From Squalus acanthias (taxonomy: Eukaryota): a stretch of DNA of 64,000 nucleotides. Both the position numbers and the translations under genes were made by a program. This document shows positions 37,636-50,991 of this stretch, piece by piece; the stretch's first letter is position 1, and every line of letters begins with the position of its first letter. The notes under the pieces are model-generated. The model ran no database searches. It was given only the letters and a program-made list of their open reading frames with translations, and was not told where the DNA came from. Location of the stretch: assembly GCA_030390025.1 (NCBI GenBank), contig CM059425.1:171494001-171558000 (forward strand). Reading direction: 5' to 3'.

Positions 37636-40047
37636 AGAGGGAACTGGTGCTGATTAGAGCATCCGAATCATAAGAGTGCAAGATAATTACAGATAAGGAA
37701 GGTCATTCACCCCATCTTAATTCATTCATCCAGAGTTACCCTGGTTTTCTCTTCCACCACCCCCACCATCTGCTGCTTGTCCCCTGGCATTTCCGATACA
37801 AGCCCAGGCCATTCACCTCCTCTCACATCAATGTCCAGAGCCCTAACCCAAACACTCCTTCCAGATGAGACAGCAATTTTCATGCACTTCCTCTAGTCTA
37901 GTATACTGTCTCATGGTACGGTCACCTCAACTACAAGACAACCAAAGGCAGTTTAGATGACCACTTTGCCAAACATCCTACACCTCCTCAGCTATTCACA
38001 TGTTCTCTTAAAAGTTTATAGCTTTTTATTATGCTTCTTCCTATTGTCTCATGTTAATACCACGTCCACTTTTGAATGATCTCCTGTTTCGTTTAAATGC
38101 AAGTTGTTGTTGCATTCCATTTAAGCACCTGAAGGTCATTTTAGTTCCTTTCATATGCATGTGTATTGTTTTTCCTTCCCCTTGTTCTTTTTTTAAAATG
38201 AGGTGCACCTTTAAGTTTTTTCCAGGTCTGATAAGGAGGTAACTTGTCCGTTCTCTCTGCTGACAGATCGGCCGAGTGTTTACAGCATTTTCTGATTCAG
38301 AATCCAGGTCACAATCTGATTTCACTATTGGTCGGAAGTACATATAGCAAACATCCATACCATTGAACATCCACAATTAAATATACCAAAAATTCCATAC
38401 AATAGTTTCGATAAAATGTCTGAATAATATATTAGCAGAAAGTGATGTTTATTGCTCTTAATTTCAAGGTTGAAGTCTTATTCCTGCAACAATAACAGTA
38501 CAATTCAATCTCAAGTGGAAAGGCAATCAACAGCATCCCCCAAATTGAAGTGTTTCAATATGAATAGAATAGTATTAAAAAACATAAAAGAATCAATTCA
38601 TATAGATCTTGTGTGTTTTAGCCAAGATTTAAAGTTCTAAAAGGCCACACAAGCCTCTTGGAGAACAATGGAACTGTTTAGCTCATGTCTCGAAGAAGCT
38701 TTTGGTGCCAGTCCACTCAAAGCTGTTGATATTACTCTGTTCAATGAACACGTATGAACATTCTCTTATTGCTGCTGAAGTTCCAATCCTGCTCATTCAT
38801 TGAAGCCACAATGTTAGGCCCACTCAAAGGGCTTCAATCAAAACTTGAGCAAGTGTTTTGTATGCAGTCCAGCATCTGGTAAAGTCTGTAAATATGTTAC
38901 TGTTCTCAGCTAGTTCAGCTCCTTCAGAGGCTGGGTTTGACTAAACTGAGCAGCTATGTCTCTTGGATTCCAACTTACAAAAGAAAGAGGTTCTGAACTC
39001 CAATCAGTATTCTGTTATTTCATACAGAACACAGCACAGCTGAAGGTGTATTTAGGAGATCTTTTCACAGTAAGGTAGACCCATACGTTATGAGCACCGC
39101 ATATGATTGACTTTTGCAAGAGTGGCAGAATCTCTGTAACAAAAGGTTAATGGTGCAATGTTCTATTACACCAGTGTCTTTTCAAAGCTGCTGTTATTTG
39201 CAGGTTAGGTGCTGTCTCTTGCATTTATGTCCTAACAGTGCAGCTAATAGTGCAGTCTCCCTGTAAACTACTGCAGATCCCAGTATTTTATGGATGCACA
39301 GACACGCTGTGACCGCAGACAGTACATAAGCACAAAGTACTGTTGTGGTATCAGTTACAAGTGATATCACGATGCCTATGCAGGGAGCACTGCGCACATC
39401 TACCGGATAGTGTGATGATGTTGCGTTATGATGCAGTGTGTTCACTGGCTCAAGGAAGACTGGCAGCCCAGTAAAAAAAGGCTCTTAAAGATGGCCCTTT
39501 TAGCTTTGGTTGCTGCCAGCTGCTCAAGCCACATAGCTGGCAGCCCAACATGTTCTGCAACTTGATGCTTAATTTAATTTGTAACTAACTGGACATCTGG
39601 TTCTGGGACAGTGAAGATATTACTAATGTTCTACAATAAAATCTTTCCACAGGTAACAGACAGGGGATTTACTGGCAATTGATTGCATTTTTTTCCTAAT
39701 ATACATGCCATAATGATGTCACTTACAACTGCTAATTCTCTTATTTAAAAGTCCAGTCTATGGAGAGCACCAACAATATCTGAAACAAGAGTCAACAGAA
39801 TGAAGACCCCCTCCATACAAGATTAAATTTTGAGTGCACAGAAAACAGATACAACTGCAAATGCTGGAATTTCGAAATAAGAACAGAAAATGCTCGAAAT
39901 ATACAAATGAGTCAGCACCTGTAAAGAGAAAAGACAGGCTATGGCGTCTTCCAAACCAATACAAGGGCATAACCAGAATGCTGTAACCTAACCTTAGGGT
40001 TCATTTTACCATATTTTAGTCATAGGAACCTCAGAGTTAAATGACTT

Positions 40048-40048
40048 C

Positions 40049-40080
<32 letters not shown>
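40048..40080. repeat. (TG)n(TA)n microsatellite
   Basis: Directly visible. Confidence 0.95.
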
Positions 40081-40084
40081 AAAT

Positions 40085-40570
40085 AAATATGTCCACCAAT
40101 GCAGAGCAGCAATCAACAAATGCAGAGCAGCAATCAACAAAGTCAATAGAATGTTAAACTACATAGTCAAAACCATGGAATACAAGTCAGAGTAAGTCAT
40201 CATCAAACTGTACAGACTTCTGTCCAGACCACATCTTGTCTGATTACTGTGTCTGATTCTGGTCATCAAAAACCAAGGGCTGGAAGCAGTGCAGAGAAAA
40301 GCCACTGGGCTAATCCCCAGTGTCAGGGGTCAGAGTTATGGGGAATGACTGGAGAGTGAATTGGGCTTTTCAGCCTGGAATGGCAGTACCGGAGAGGTGC
40401 TCTTGTAAAGGTATACAAGATAGCAAATGATATGGAAAAGACTGATCCAGAACACTATGGCAGTAGGACAAAGGGACACAGGTTCAAACTAGAACTGATA
40501 TCAGGAGGTTCTTCTTCATGTAGAAAGTGATCAATACTTGGAATAGATATCCCGGCAGAGTGAAAGCCTG
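40085..40570 (+). mobile_element. Very old CR1 3' fragment with a 21-bp tandem duplication (40098-40139)
   Basis: Degenerate KLYRLLSRPHL..LEAVQRKATGLIP..RTKGHRFKL. Confidence 0.7.
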
Positions 40571-42579
40571 TGCAGTGAGATGGGCTGATATAACCTAAAC
40601 CAGCAAAGAGGGGAAGCTTTCAGCCCATCTTTTGGAATTGGATTCAAACAGCAGTCACAAAGATAAAAGAAAAATGTGACAAATGCGCTGGCAGGTTTCC
40701 TCAGTCTGTATATGTACATTTCATCTGCAGAAACAACAAAGAAGCACCTTTTCTACCAGTAAGTGACACAAGCAGAGCTAATGGAAGAAAAGAAAATATC
40801 AAAAACTTCAAAATGAAAGGAAGAAAAATACAGAAAGGGCATTATTTATAGAACAAGCTGTAGCTTTGGCACATTATCCAGAACGTGTGGGCAGCAGGCC
40901 CAAACAAAGAATGACAAGTAAGGAAACCTCTGCAATTGCTACACTGCGGAATAAAGCAGCTTAAAGAGTCAAACCAAGCTTTGCCTCACCTAGTTAAACT
41001 CTCAGAATTATAGAATGGTTACAGCAGCACAGAAGGAGGCCATTCAGCCCGTTGAGCCCGTGCCGGCTCTCTGCAAGAGCACTTCAGCTAGTCCCGCTCC
41101 CCCGCCCTTTCCCCATAGCCCTGCAAATTTTTTTCCTTCAGGTACTTATCCAATTCCCGGTCCGTCTTTGGAGAGATTGAAGATATGTGCGCGCAAACAA
41201 CATGGATATCCAGTCCAGATTGCAAGGGGAGGGGTGGGTCCACTGTTAGTTGCCAGGATCCCTTCAGTGCTAACCTTACCAGAATATGCAGGGTCAGTGG
41301 AAAGCATTTTATCTCAATCCAGAATGTAAATTCAGACAATCTTCTTTCTATTCTTTTTTTTAAAAGTTGTATATCATGGAAAAAAAAACTTCTATTCCTT
41401 GGACCGTTTTGTTACCCATGTTCTCATCAACACTCAGTGAGTGACTGAGAATATTCTAGGTTAAAGGAGAAATTCCAAGCTCCAGTCTTGTATTTAATAC
41501 AAGGTACGTTACTCCAAGCATCTTCTTTTGCGGGAAGAACAGAAGATCGCAATGACACAAGATAAAGTGAAAGTGCAGAAAAATAAATAAAGACTGAAAA
41601 TGCACAGCAGGATCACAAAAAACTGATAAAGGAAGATTTACTTTCTCTTCTGATATTGACCGAACTACTGTGCATTTCCGGTATTCTCTGTTGCTATTTA
41701 ACATCACAACAACAGTCACCCAGTTGCTTTTACATGTCCCCAAGAGGCCAGGTCAGGAGCAGCGTCAGCAAAGTCATTTGGAACATTCAGCCAGGGGCAC
41801 TGTCCTTGTGAATGTGCAGTTAATAAGGTGAGACTATAAATGACCGCAGCCATTACGAGATCATAATCTGCCTCTGGTCACCAAAAAGTGTCTTGTTGTT
41901 GGCTAATCTATGCGAGAAACTAGAAATGTCTGCATAATGAGGTTTGTGTTGAATTTCAAAACATTAGGCTTCTGCTAACAGAAGAATATTTTACTGTGTG
42001 TTATGAGCATCCAACAACTTTACAGAGATAACAATAATGGGAATAAGGCAGAAAATACAGAGCTTTCCATTATCAGCCAGCAGCAGGTACCTGCTATCAG
42101 CTGGTGACAAAAGGAAGTTAATGATATCCACATAACTTAACGTGGCACTGTCTTTTTATTATTGATACATATTTTTTGTTTTTTTCTGATCAGAGTGAGG
42201 AAGGTAGTGCTGGAGAATGGAACCCTTTCCATTTCAAACATCTGGGACTTGCAGCTAAAGTAAAACATGGACCAATGAATTCTTCTACTGCTCTTCAATC
42301 TCAGAAGTGCATCTTTTACTGCATGAATGCAATGTTTACATTTCCTTCACAAGCCAACCATATGACCCTCTGAGTGAGATTGTCAATTTGGTTGCAATTA
42401 GTTGTGTAAGCCTATGTTTACCAGAAATGAAGTTGATGTTGCATCAAACTCTTCTCACTTAAGATGGGGAGGGAAACGTTTCACTGCAATCAATTACAGG
42501 GTGACTCCACTGTGACTCGCATTTTTCATCTAAAATTTAACTCAATAGTGTAAAATTTATTTCTTACATTACAGAAATA

Positions 42580-43292
42580 TAGGATTTTACAGTGCCGATG
42601 ACGGCGTATGCACAGCGAACGCCATTGTAAGCCTTCGAAAAGGCCCCACAAGTTCCGGGTTTTTGCATGCACTGCGCATGCGCGAAAACCCGGAACTTGT
42701 GATGTCAAGGTTCGCCTTGATAGATCTACCGCACCGACTCAAAAATCACTTTAGCTGGCGCAGAGTTGGGCTATTTGTCCAACTACTGCCCAGCAAATGC
42801 CCACGAAACCCTTGTGCCTGGTAAAAGCAGGTGTAGGGCCTGCTTTCACCAGCGTAAGGGTTAATATAAATCTTAAATTAAAAATTCATGCACAAACACC
42901 TAAAATTAGTTAATGCAAATTTTGGCCCGGATTAAAATGTTGAAAATTATTGTTCAAAAAACTATATTTTTTATTGTATTTGCTATAATGAAGGGATTTT
43001 TAATTAAATTTGAAAATGGGAACGTTTATTTTTATTCCAGTTGTATAAATTATTTAATTATTTGGGGATTGGGTTCATGCTTATGGAATCTCCACAAGTA
43101 TATTAGAAATCCTCCTTTCCGATTGGAGGACCTGGCACACGTGATCCCAGGGAAGCTTACGAACCCGCCTGCATCCCTGGGATCCGTGGGCCCGAAGTCT
43201 CCGAAGCCTGGGAGCCTGAAGTTAAATGCAGATATTGTTAGCGGGTCGGAGGCATGCTCTGGAGGTACGCCTCTGACCGCAAATTCCGGACC
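42580..43292. mobile_element. Harbinger-type MITE related to 18494-19193; left TIR decayed
   Basis: Right end aaattccggacc; shares gcatgcactgcgcatgcgc, cacgtgatcccaggga and the overall layout. Confidence 0.7.
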
Positions 43293-43422
43293 ATCATAAC
43301 GTATGGTGATTCTTGCTCCATTCACTCACAAATTTGGTGAATGCAGTGCCTGCTGAAGATCCATTTCTGTTATGTGCAAAATATCCACTGTAAATCCTGA
43401 TTTTATCGTGGAAATGTAATGA

Positions 43423-45139
43423 TTTTTTTTAATCATGTGCGGGATGTGGGCGTCTCTGGCACGGCCAGCATTTATTGCCCATCTCTAATTGCCCTTGAGA
43501 ATTTGGTGGTGAGAAGGTGCCCTTGAACCACTGCAGTTTTTTTCCGAGCGGTTTTGATACAACTGAGATGGGCCATTTCAGAGGGCAGTTAAGAGTCAAC
43601 CACATTGCTGTGGGTCTGGAGTCACGTATAGGAGACCAGGTAAGACGGCAGATTTCCTTCCCTAAAGGACATTAGTGAACCAGATGGGTTTTTATGACAA
43701 TCGATAGCTTCACATAAGAACATAAGACGTAGGAGCAGGAGTAGGTCATTTGGCCCCTCGAGCCTGCTCCGCCATTCAATAAGATCATGGCTGATCTTAT
43801 CTTGGCCTCAACTCCACTTCCCTGCCCGCTCCCCATAACCCTTGACTCCCTTACCTTTCAAAAATCTGTCTATCTCCACCTTAAATATATTCAATGACCC
43901 AGCCTCCACAGCTCTCTGGGGAAGAGAATTCCAAAGATTCACGACCCTCAGAGAAGAAATTCCTCATTTCCGATTTAAAAGGGTTTCCTCTTATTCTGAA
44001 ATTATGCCCCCTAGTTCTAGATTCCCCCACGAGGGGAAACATCCTCTCTGCATCTACCCTGTCAAGCCCCTTCAGAATCTTATGTGTTTCAATAAGATCC
44101 CCTCTCATTCTTCTAAACTCCAATGAGTATAGGCCCAACCTGCTCAACCTTTCTTCATAAGACAACCCCTTCATCTCTGGAATCAACCTCGTGAACCTTC
44201 TCTGAACTGCCTCCAATGCAAGTATATCCTTCCTTAAATAAGGAGACCAAAACTGTACGCTGTACTCCAGGTGTGGTCTCACCAACGCCCTGTACAGTTG
44301 TAACAGGACTTCCCTACATTTATATTCTATTCCCTTTGTAATAAAGGCCAACATTCCATTTACCCTCCTAATTACTTGCTGTACCTGCATGCTAACTTTT
44401 TGTGATTCATGTACAAGGACCCTCAGATCCCTCTGTACCTCAGCATTTTGTAATCTCTCTCCATTTAAATAATAATTTGCTTTTTTATTTTTCCTATCCA
44501 AGTGGATAACCTCGCATTTTCCCAGATTAAACTCCATCTGCCAGATTTTGCTCACTCACTGAGCCTATCTATATCCCTTTGGAGATTCTTTGCGTCCTCC
44601 ACACAATTTGCTTTCCCACCAATCATCAGCAAATTTGGCTACATTACACTCAGTCCCTTCATTCAAGTCATTAATATAGTGAGGTCCCAGCACTGATCCC
44701 TGCGGCACTCCACTAGTTACAGTTTGCCAATCTGAAAATGACCCATTTATCCCGACTCTCTGTTTTCTGTTAGTTAGCCAATCCTCTATCCATGCTAATA
44801 TATTACCCCCAACCCCATGAGCTCTTATCTTGTGTAGTAACCTTTTATGTGGCACCTTATCAAATGCCTTCTGGAAATCCAAATACATGATAGCTACTGG
44901 TTCCCCTTTATCCACCCTGCTCGTTACATCCTCAAAGAATTCCAGCAAATTTGTCAAACATGATTTCCCTTTCATAAAACCACGGTCACCATTATTGATA
45001 CTAGCTTTTTATTCCAGATTTTATTTAATTAACTGAATTTAAATTCCACAGCTGCTGTGGTGAGCTTTGAACTCATGTCTCATTAACCCAGCCCTCTGGA
45101 TTACTAGTCCTGTTACATAACCACTATGCTACCGTTCCC
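43423..45139 (-). mobile_element. tRNA-derived SINE (MetaSINE-like) split by a CR1
   Basis: Minus-strand head gggaacggtagcatagtgg (A box) and gagttcaaag (B-box-like); core ctggttcactaatgtcctttagggaaggaaatctgcc; 3' tail homologous to the LINE tail at 12921-13035. Confidence 0.7.
43713..44982 (-). mobile_element. CR1 3' fragment
   Basis: ORFs 44565..44975 and 43881..44555; (ttcttatg)n tail. Confidence 0.92.
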
Positions 45140-45315
45140 GATAATGTGATATCTGGTACCTATTCAGGTTATGCATAGAAACTATTGCCTTTGTTCTGCA
45201 TTTATTGATGAGCTTACAATTAAATCATCACTGTATCTTTTTCCTCAGCAACATCAGTGAAATAGCTCCGCGCAGTTGATCTTGCCACCTTTTACTGAGC
45301 ACCCTACTTAGAACA

Positions 45316-45417
45316 AGTTCTGATGAAAGGTCATCGACCTAAAAAGTTAACTCTGTTTCTCTCTCCACAGATGCTGCCTGACCTGCTGAGTATTTCCAGC
45401 ATTTTTTGTTTTTATTA
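45316..45417 (+). mobile_element. 102-bp PLE tail mini-insertion with a mutated hammerhead
   Basis: agttCTGATGAaaggtcatcgacct-aaaaa-gttaact; 12-bp TSD ctacttagaaca at 45304-45315 and 45418-45429. Confidence 0.9.
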
Positions 45418-47622
45418 CTACTTAGAACACTTATGCTTTAAAGGAAACTTCAAAATCTAACACTTTTTAAATCTTGCATTTAAACGTCAAAATACATTAC
45501 AATTTAGAAGAGTGCTCGACAGGCTTTTCGAACTGCCCATCACTTATTTGATGAACAGCAACTTAATAAGCACCACAAATCTGAGAAAATGTAAGCACTT
45601 TTCCAGCACTTTCCGCAGCCAAAGAAATCTCAAGTCATTTGGAGTGACAGCTTTGAGCTTCGGTGTGCCACTGGCTCTCTGCACTGTCTAGCATGGTTGT
45701 TAAACTGTACTGTACTGAAAAGTATTAATTCTGGCACCCCATCTTTTTTTTCCTGCAACACAGATGACAGAAACAATGCGACCAGCTACTGCTTGATTTG
45801 TTGCATATTCAGTGGATCCAGCTGAGCAAGGAGAATCACTCTAAATTCAGGAGCAGCACCTCGCTCACGGTGCTAATCTGACTTTTTAATCTTGCACTAG
45901 TTCAAATCACTTTTCATTTAGAGACTTTTAACCCTTTAAAACTCTTGTTGGATGCATGGGAATGGAAAGTAAGCAAAGCCAGATGAATTAATACATCTTT
46001 GATGCCAATAAATTTAAAGATAGTAACTAAACATGCTGCCTGACCTATTATTAAACCGTACAAGCCAGTGGATCCCAGGTTCAAACCCTGCTCTATGTCA
46101 ATTTAGTGAACTCAGCCAGGATGTCAGTAGGTGCGCTCCCAACTGACCTCAGAGTCCTTGGATAAGGAGGGCTCCTAATTCGAATCATTATGCGGGGATG
46201 CTTTTTGGAAAATGCACATGCGTAAATGTCAGGTCGGGACAGGATTGGGCTCAGTGGGATGCTCGATATGCTGCAAAAGTCTGCCGCCACTCACTGTCTA
46301 GGTTCACACAAAAAAAAGCTAGTTTGCATGGCGGGGGGATTGGGGGGGGGGGGGGGCAGCTGATGCCCATAGATCACCATTGCAACAAGAATCAGCATCG
46401 TCAGGAGAAAACTGGCAAAATGTTATTTGGAAATCCATCCTGCAAGCACTGTTTCCATTACAAGAATTAAAATTGTCTGCAATGGGAAGCAGTATATTGA
46501 ACTTGCCATCGCATTCATGTCCAAATTCTTAGAAATAATGATTACATTCTGCATTTTGTTTCCAAATTGAAAGCCTGAGATTACACAGAATGTACAGCAC
46601 AAAAACAAGCAATTTGGCCCAACTAGTCTGTGCTAGTGTTTATACACTACACAAGGTTAAGAATTTATATTTTTAGGTTCCAGATGCTGGATTAAATAAT
46701 TTAATGGGCAACAGTTTTACACCTGCCAATCTGCCTGATGTTGTTTGGAACATACATCATGAAAATGACTGACTAAACAATGTTTACCAAGCTAGGATAG
46801 AGATAGCAGAAGCTCTGACCACAATCTTTCAATCCTCCTTGGATATTGGAGTGGTGCCAGAGGACTGAAGGATTGCAAATGTTACACCCCTGTTCAAAAA
46901 AGGGGAGAGGGATAAACCTGGTAACTACAGGCCAATCAGTCTAAAGTCAGTGGTGGGAAAACTACGAGAGACGATTGTCAAGGACAAAATTAATTTTCAC
47001 TTGGAGAAGCACAGGTTAATAAGGGACAGCCAGCATAGATTTGTTAAAGGCAAATCGCGTCTGACTAACCCGATTGAGTTTTATATGGAGTTTCAAAAGG
47101 CATTTGATAAAGAACCACATAACAGACTTATTCAAAAAATAGAAGCACGTGGTATAAGAGGGACGGTGGTAACTTGGGTACGAAATTGGCTAAGGGATAG
47201 GAGGCAGAGTGTAGTAGTGAATGGATGTTTTTATGACTGGATAGAAGTATGGAGTGGTGTCCCAGGGGTCGGTATTAGGACCATTGCTTTTCTTGTTTTA
47301 TATAAATGACCTGGACTTGGGTATAGGAATACAATTTAGAAGTTTGTGGATGATAGAAAACTTGGCAACAAAGTAAATAGTGAGCATTATTATAAAAGCA
47401 GATTTTAGGAGGCTACAGACCAAGAACTGGAAAGTGGGATTAGGCTGGATAGCTCTTTTTCGGCCGGCACAGACACGATGGGCCAAATGGCCTCCTTCTG
47501 TGCCATAAATTTCTATGATTCTATGAGAACATACACAGACTGGTGAAATGGGCAAACACATGGCAGATGCAATTTAATGCGGATAACTGTGAAGTGAGCC
47601 ACTTTGGGAGAAACAACATGGA

Positions 47623-47860
47623 TGTAAAAGTTGGATAGCCAGGTGGTGAAGGATAGAGTACTAGAGCCTAGTCTATAGTTGCTTACAAGCCTTTATTTAC
47701 AGCAACACACATTATATACTGTGCACCCCAAAGATAAGCTTGAAACCCTTCTCCAGCCTACTCCCATATATACATGAGCACAAGAGAGTCCCCAATTAAT
47801 ACCCACCACCTTAATACAATTAGCACCCAATTGCTATACACCACTTAAATACAATTAACA
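47623..47860 (-). mobile_element. Solo LTR (238 bp)
   Basis: TG...CA ends; 5-bp TSD ATGGA at 47618-47622 and 47861-47865; minus-strand TATA-like motif upstream of aataaa. Confidence 0.85.
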
Positions 47861-48005
47861 ATGGAGAGGCAGTATAATTTAAGTAGTACTATTTTGAGGG
47901 GGGTGCAAGAGCAGAGGGACATATTCACAAATCTTTGAAGGTAACAGGGCAAGTTGATAAGGGGGGTTAAGAAAGCAGATGGGATACTTGGTTTTGTAAA
48001 TAGGG

Positions 48006-50009
48006 CCAGGAGTCTTCCCCCCGCACGGCTGACCCTTTCTCCCGCTTTCAGAATTCCCGTTCCACCTGGACCCCTCCCTCTGGCCTCCTACCCTCTCTCG
48101 ATCTTTTCATTGCTAACTGCCGCCGTGACATCGGCCATCTCAATTTCTCTGCTCCCCTCACTCACTCCAACCTACCTCCCTCTGAACTTGCAGCACTCCA
48201 TTCTCTCCGATCCAACCCCGACATTGTCATTAAACCTGCTGACAAGGGTGGTGCTGTTGTTGTTTGGCGAACCGACCTCTACCTAGCGGAAGTTGAACGC
48301 CAACTCTCCGACACCTCCTCCTACCTCCACCTGGACCATGACCCCACTACCGAACATCAAGCCACCGTGTCCAAGACTGTCACTGACCTCATCTCCTCTG
48401 GAGATCTTCCCCCCACGGCCGCCAACCTCATAGTTCCCCAACCCCGCACAGCCCGCTTCTACCTCCTTCCCAAGATCCACAAACAGGACTGCCCTGGTAG
48501 ACCCATCATTTCAGCCTGCTCTTGCCCCACGGAACTTATCTCTTCCTATCTCTAATCTATTTTTTCTCCCCTTGTCCAGTCCCTTCCCACCTACATCCGC
48601 GATTCCTCTGACGCCCTCCGCCACTTTAACAGTTTCCAGTTTCCTGGCCCCAACCGCCTCCTTTTCACCATGGACGTACAATCCCTCTACACCTCCATCC
48701 CCCACCAGGATGGCCTGAGGGCGCTCCGCTTCTTCCTTGAACAGAGGCCCAACCAGTCCCCATCCACCACCACCCTCCTCCGCCTGGCTGAACTTGTTCT
48801 CACATTGAACAACTTCTCCTTTGACTCCACTCATTTCCTCCAAATCAAAGGTGTTGCTATGGGTCCTAGCTATGCCTGCCTTTTCGTGGGATATGTGGAA
48901 CACTCTTTGTTCCAGTCCTACTCAGGTCCCCTCCTTCACCTCTTTTTCCGGTACATTGACGACTGTATCGGTGCCGTTTCCTGCTCTCACCCCGAACTAG
49001 ACAATTTCATTCACTTTGCCTCCAATTTCCACCCTTCCCTCACCTTCACATGGTCCATCTCCGACTCTTCCCTCCCCTTCCTTGACTTCTCCGTCTCCAT
49101 CTCTGGGGATAGGTTATTGACCAACATTCACTACAAGCCCACTGACTCCCACAGCTACCTGGACTACACCGCCTCCTGTAAGGACTCTATTCCCTTCTCC
49201 CAGTTTCTCCGTCTCCGCCGCATCTGCTCCGACGATGCCACCTTCCATACCAGTGCTTCCGACATGTCTTCCTTTTTCCTCAACCGAGGATTCCCCTCTA
49301 CCGTGGTCGACACGGCCCTCGACCGTGTCCGTTCCATCTCCCGCACTTCTGTCTCACCCCGGCCCCTCCCTCCCGGAACCACGATAGAGTTCCCCTTGTC
49401 CTCACCTTTCACCCCACCAGCCTCCACATTCAACGGATCATCCTCCGCCATTTCCGCCACCTCCAACGTGATCCCACCACCAAACGTATCTTCCCCTCAC
49501 CTCCCCTTTCAGCATTCCGTAGGGACCGCTCCCTCCGAGACACCCTAGTCCACTCCTCTATCACCCCCAGCACCCCTTCCCCTTCACCCGGCACCTTCCC
49601 GTGCAAGCGCAGGAGATGCAACACCTGCCCTTATACATCCCCCCTTCCCATTCTCCAGGACCCCAAACACCCCTTCCAGGTGAAACAGCGATTTACTTGT
49701 ACTTCTTGCAATCTAGTATACTGTATTCGCTGCTCACGATGTGGTCTCCTCTACATTGGGGAAACCAAACGCAGATTGGGTGACCGCTTCGCGGAACACC
49801 TCCGTTCAGTCCGTAAGGGTGACCCCGAGCTTCCGGTCGCTTGTCATTTTAATTCACCCCTCCACGCCCACTCAGACCTCACCGTCCTCGGCCTCTTGCA
49901 TTGTTCCACGGAAGCTCAGCGTAAGCTCGAGGAACAGCACCTCATCTTTCGTTTAGGCACTTTACAGCCTTCCGGACTCTATATCGAGTTCAACAATTTC
50001 AGATCATAA
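48006..50009 (+). pseudogene. PLE RT plus GIY-YIG endonuclease ORF with a stop and a frameshift
   Basis: ORFs 48367..48555, 48670..49548 and 49680..50009. Confidence 0.9.
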
Positions 50010-50285
50010 CCCCGGCCCCTACCACATATATATACATTTTATCCACCCTTTTGGTCCGTGCCTTTTTCCTTTTTTTTTCTCTCTCTCCCCCCCACGGCAG
50101 CTGTCTCTCATTCTGCCAGCATTTCACACCTCACCTTTTGTTTCTTAACCTGTCCCATTACCATCTCGTCTTGCCTTGAGCATCTCTTAATGTCTCTACT
50201 TACCAAAGACCATCCCTTTTGTTCTTTTATTCCTCCCCCCAGCCTCCCCCTTGCATTTTTATGTTTAATTTCCTGCTCTTCTCTC

Positions 50286-50321
50286 AGTTCCGACGAAGGG
50301 TTTCGACCTGAAACGTTAACT
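50286..50321 (+). ncRNA. Minimal hammerhead motif in the PLE tail (U4-to-C core change)
   Basis: agtt-CCGACGA-a-gggtt(tc)gacct-GAAAC-GUU-aact. Confidence 0.7.
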
Positions 50322-50609
50322 CTGTTTCTCTCTCCACGGATGTTGCCTGGCCTGCTGAGTTTTTCCAGCGTTTTCTGTTGTTATTTCGGATTTCCAGCAT
50401 CCGCAGTATTTTGCTATCGTATTTGTAAATAGGGGCATTGAATACAAAAACAAGGAACTCATGCTAAACCTTTACAAATCTCTGGTTAGGACTCAGCTGG
50501 AGTATTGTATACAATTCTGGGCACCATACTCACCACCACCTCTCTTGACCCCTCCACTGTCTCTGATTTGTCACACTGCTTGTCTGAAATCCAGTAGTAG
50601 ATGAGCAGA

Positions 50610-50991
50610 AATTTCCTCCAAAATCCTCATCCTTGTTTTCAAATCCTATCATGGCCTCGCCCTTTTCTATCTCTGTAACCTCCTCCAGCCCTACAAGCCT
50701 TCGAGATATCTGCACTCCTCCAATTCTGGCCTCTTGCGCATCCCCGATTTTAATCGCTCCACCATTGACGGCCTTGGCCCAAGCTCTGGAATTTCCAATC
50801 TAAACCTCTCCGTCTCTCTACCCTTGTCTCCTCTTAAGATGCTCCTTAAAACCTACCTCTTTGACCAATCATCTGTCCTAATATCTCCTTCTGTGGCTCA
50901 GTGACGAAAATGTTTTTATTGATAACGTAGGTAAAGCACCTTAGGACGTTATGCTACATTAAAGGCGCTATATAAATGCAAGTTGTTGTTG
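50610..50991 (+). mobile_element. L2 3' fragment inserted in the CR1
   Basis: Ends in ctatataaatgcaagttgttgttg; reverse complement of 269-665. Confidence 0.88.

Larger units (their letters stand above)
48006..50421 (+). mobile_element. Penelope-like element, family A, 5'-truncated
   Basis: KPADKGG, FYLLPKIHK, MDVQSLYTSIP, RYIDD, then GIY-YIG (VYCIRCSRCGLLYIGET..RFAEH); 13-bp TSD tttgtaaataggg at 47993-48005 and 50422-50434. Confidence 0.95.

Noticed and set aside
40595..40726. Possible minus-strand exon after a strong acceptor (ctttgttgtttctgcag)
   Set aside because: Weak donor and no recognisable protein
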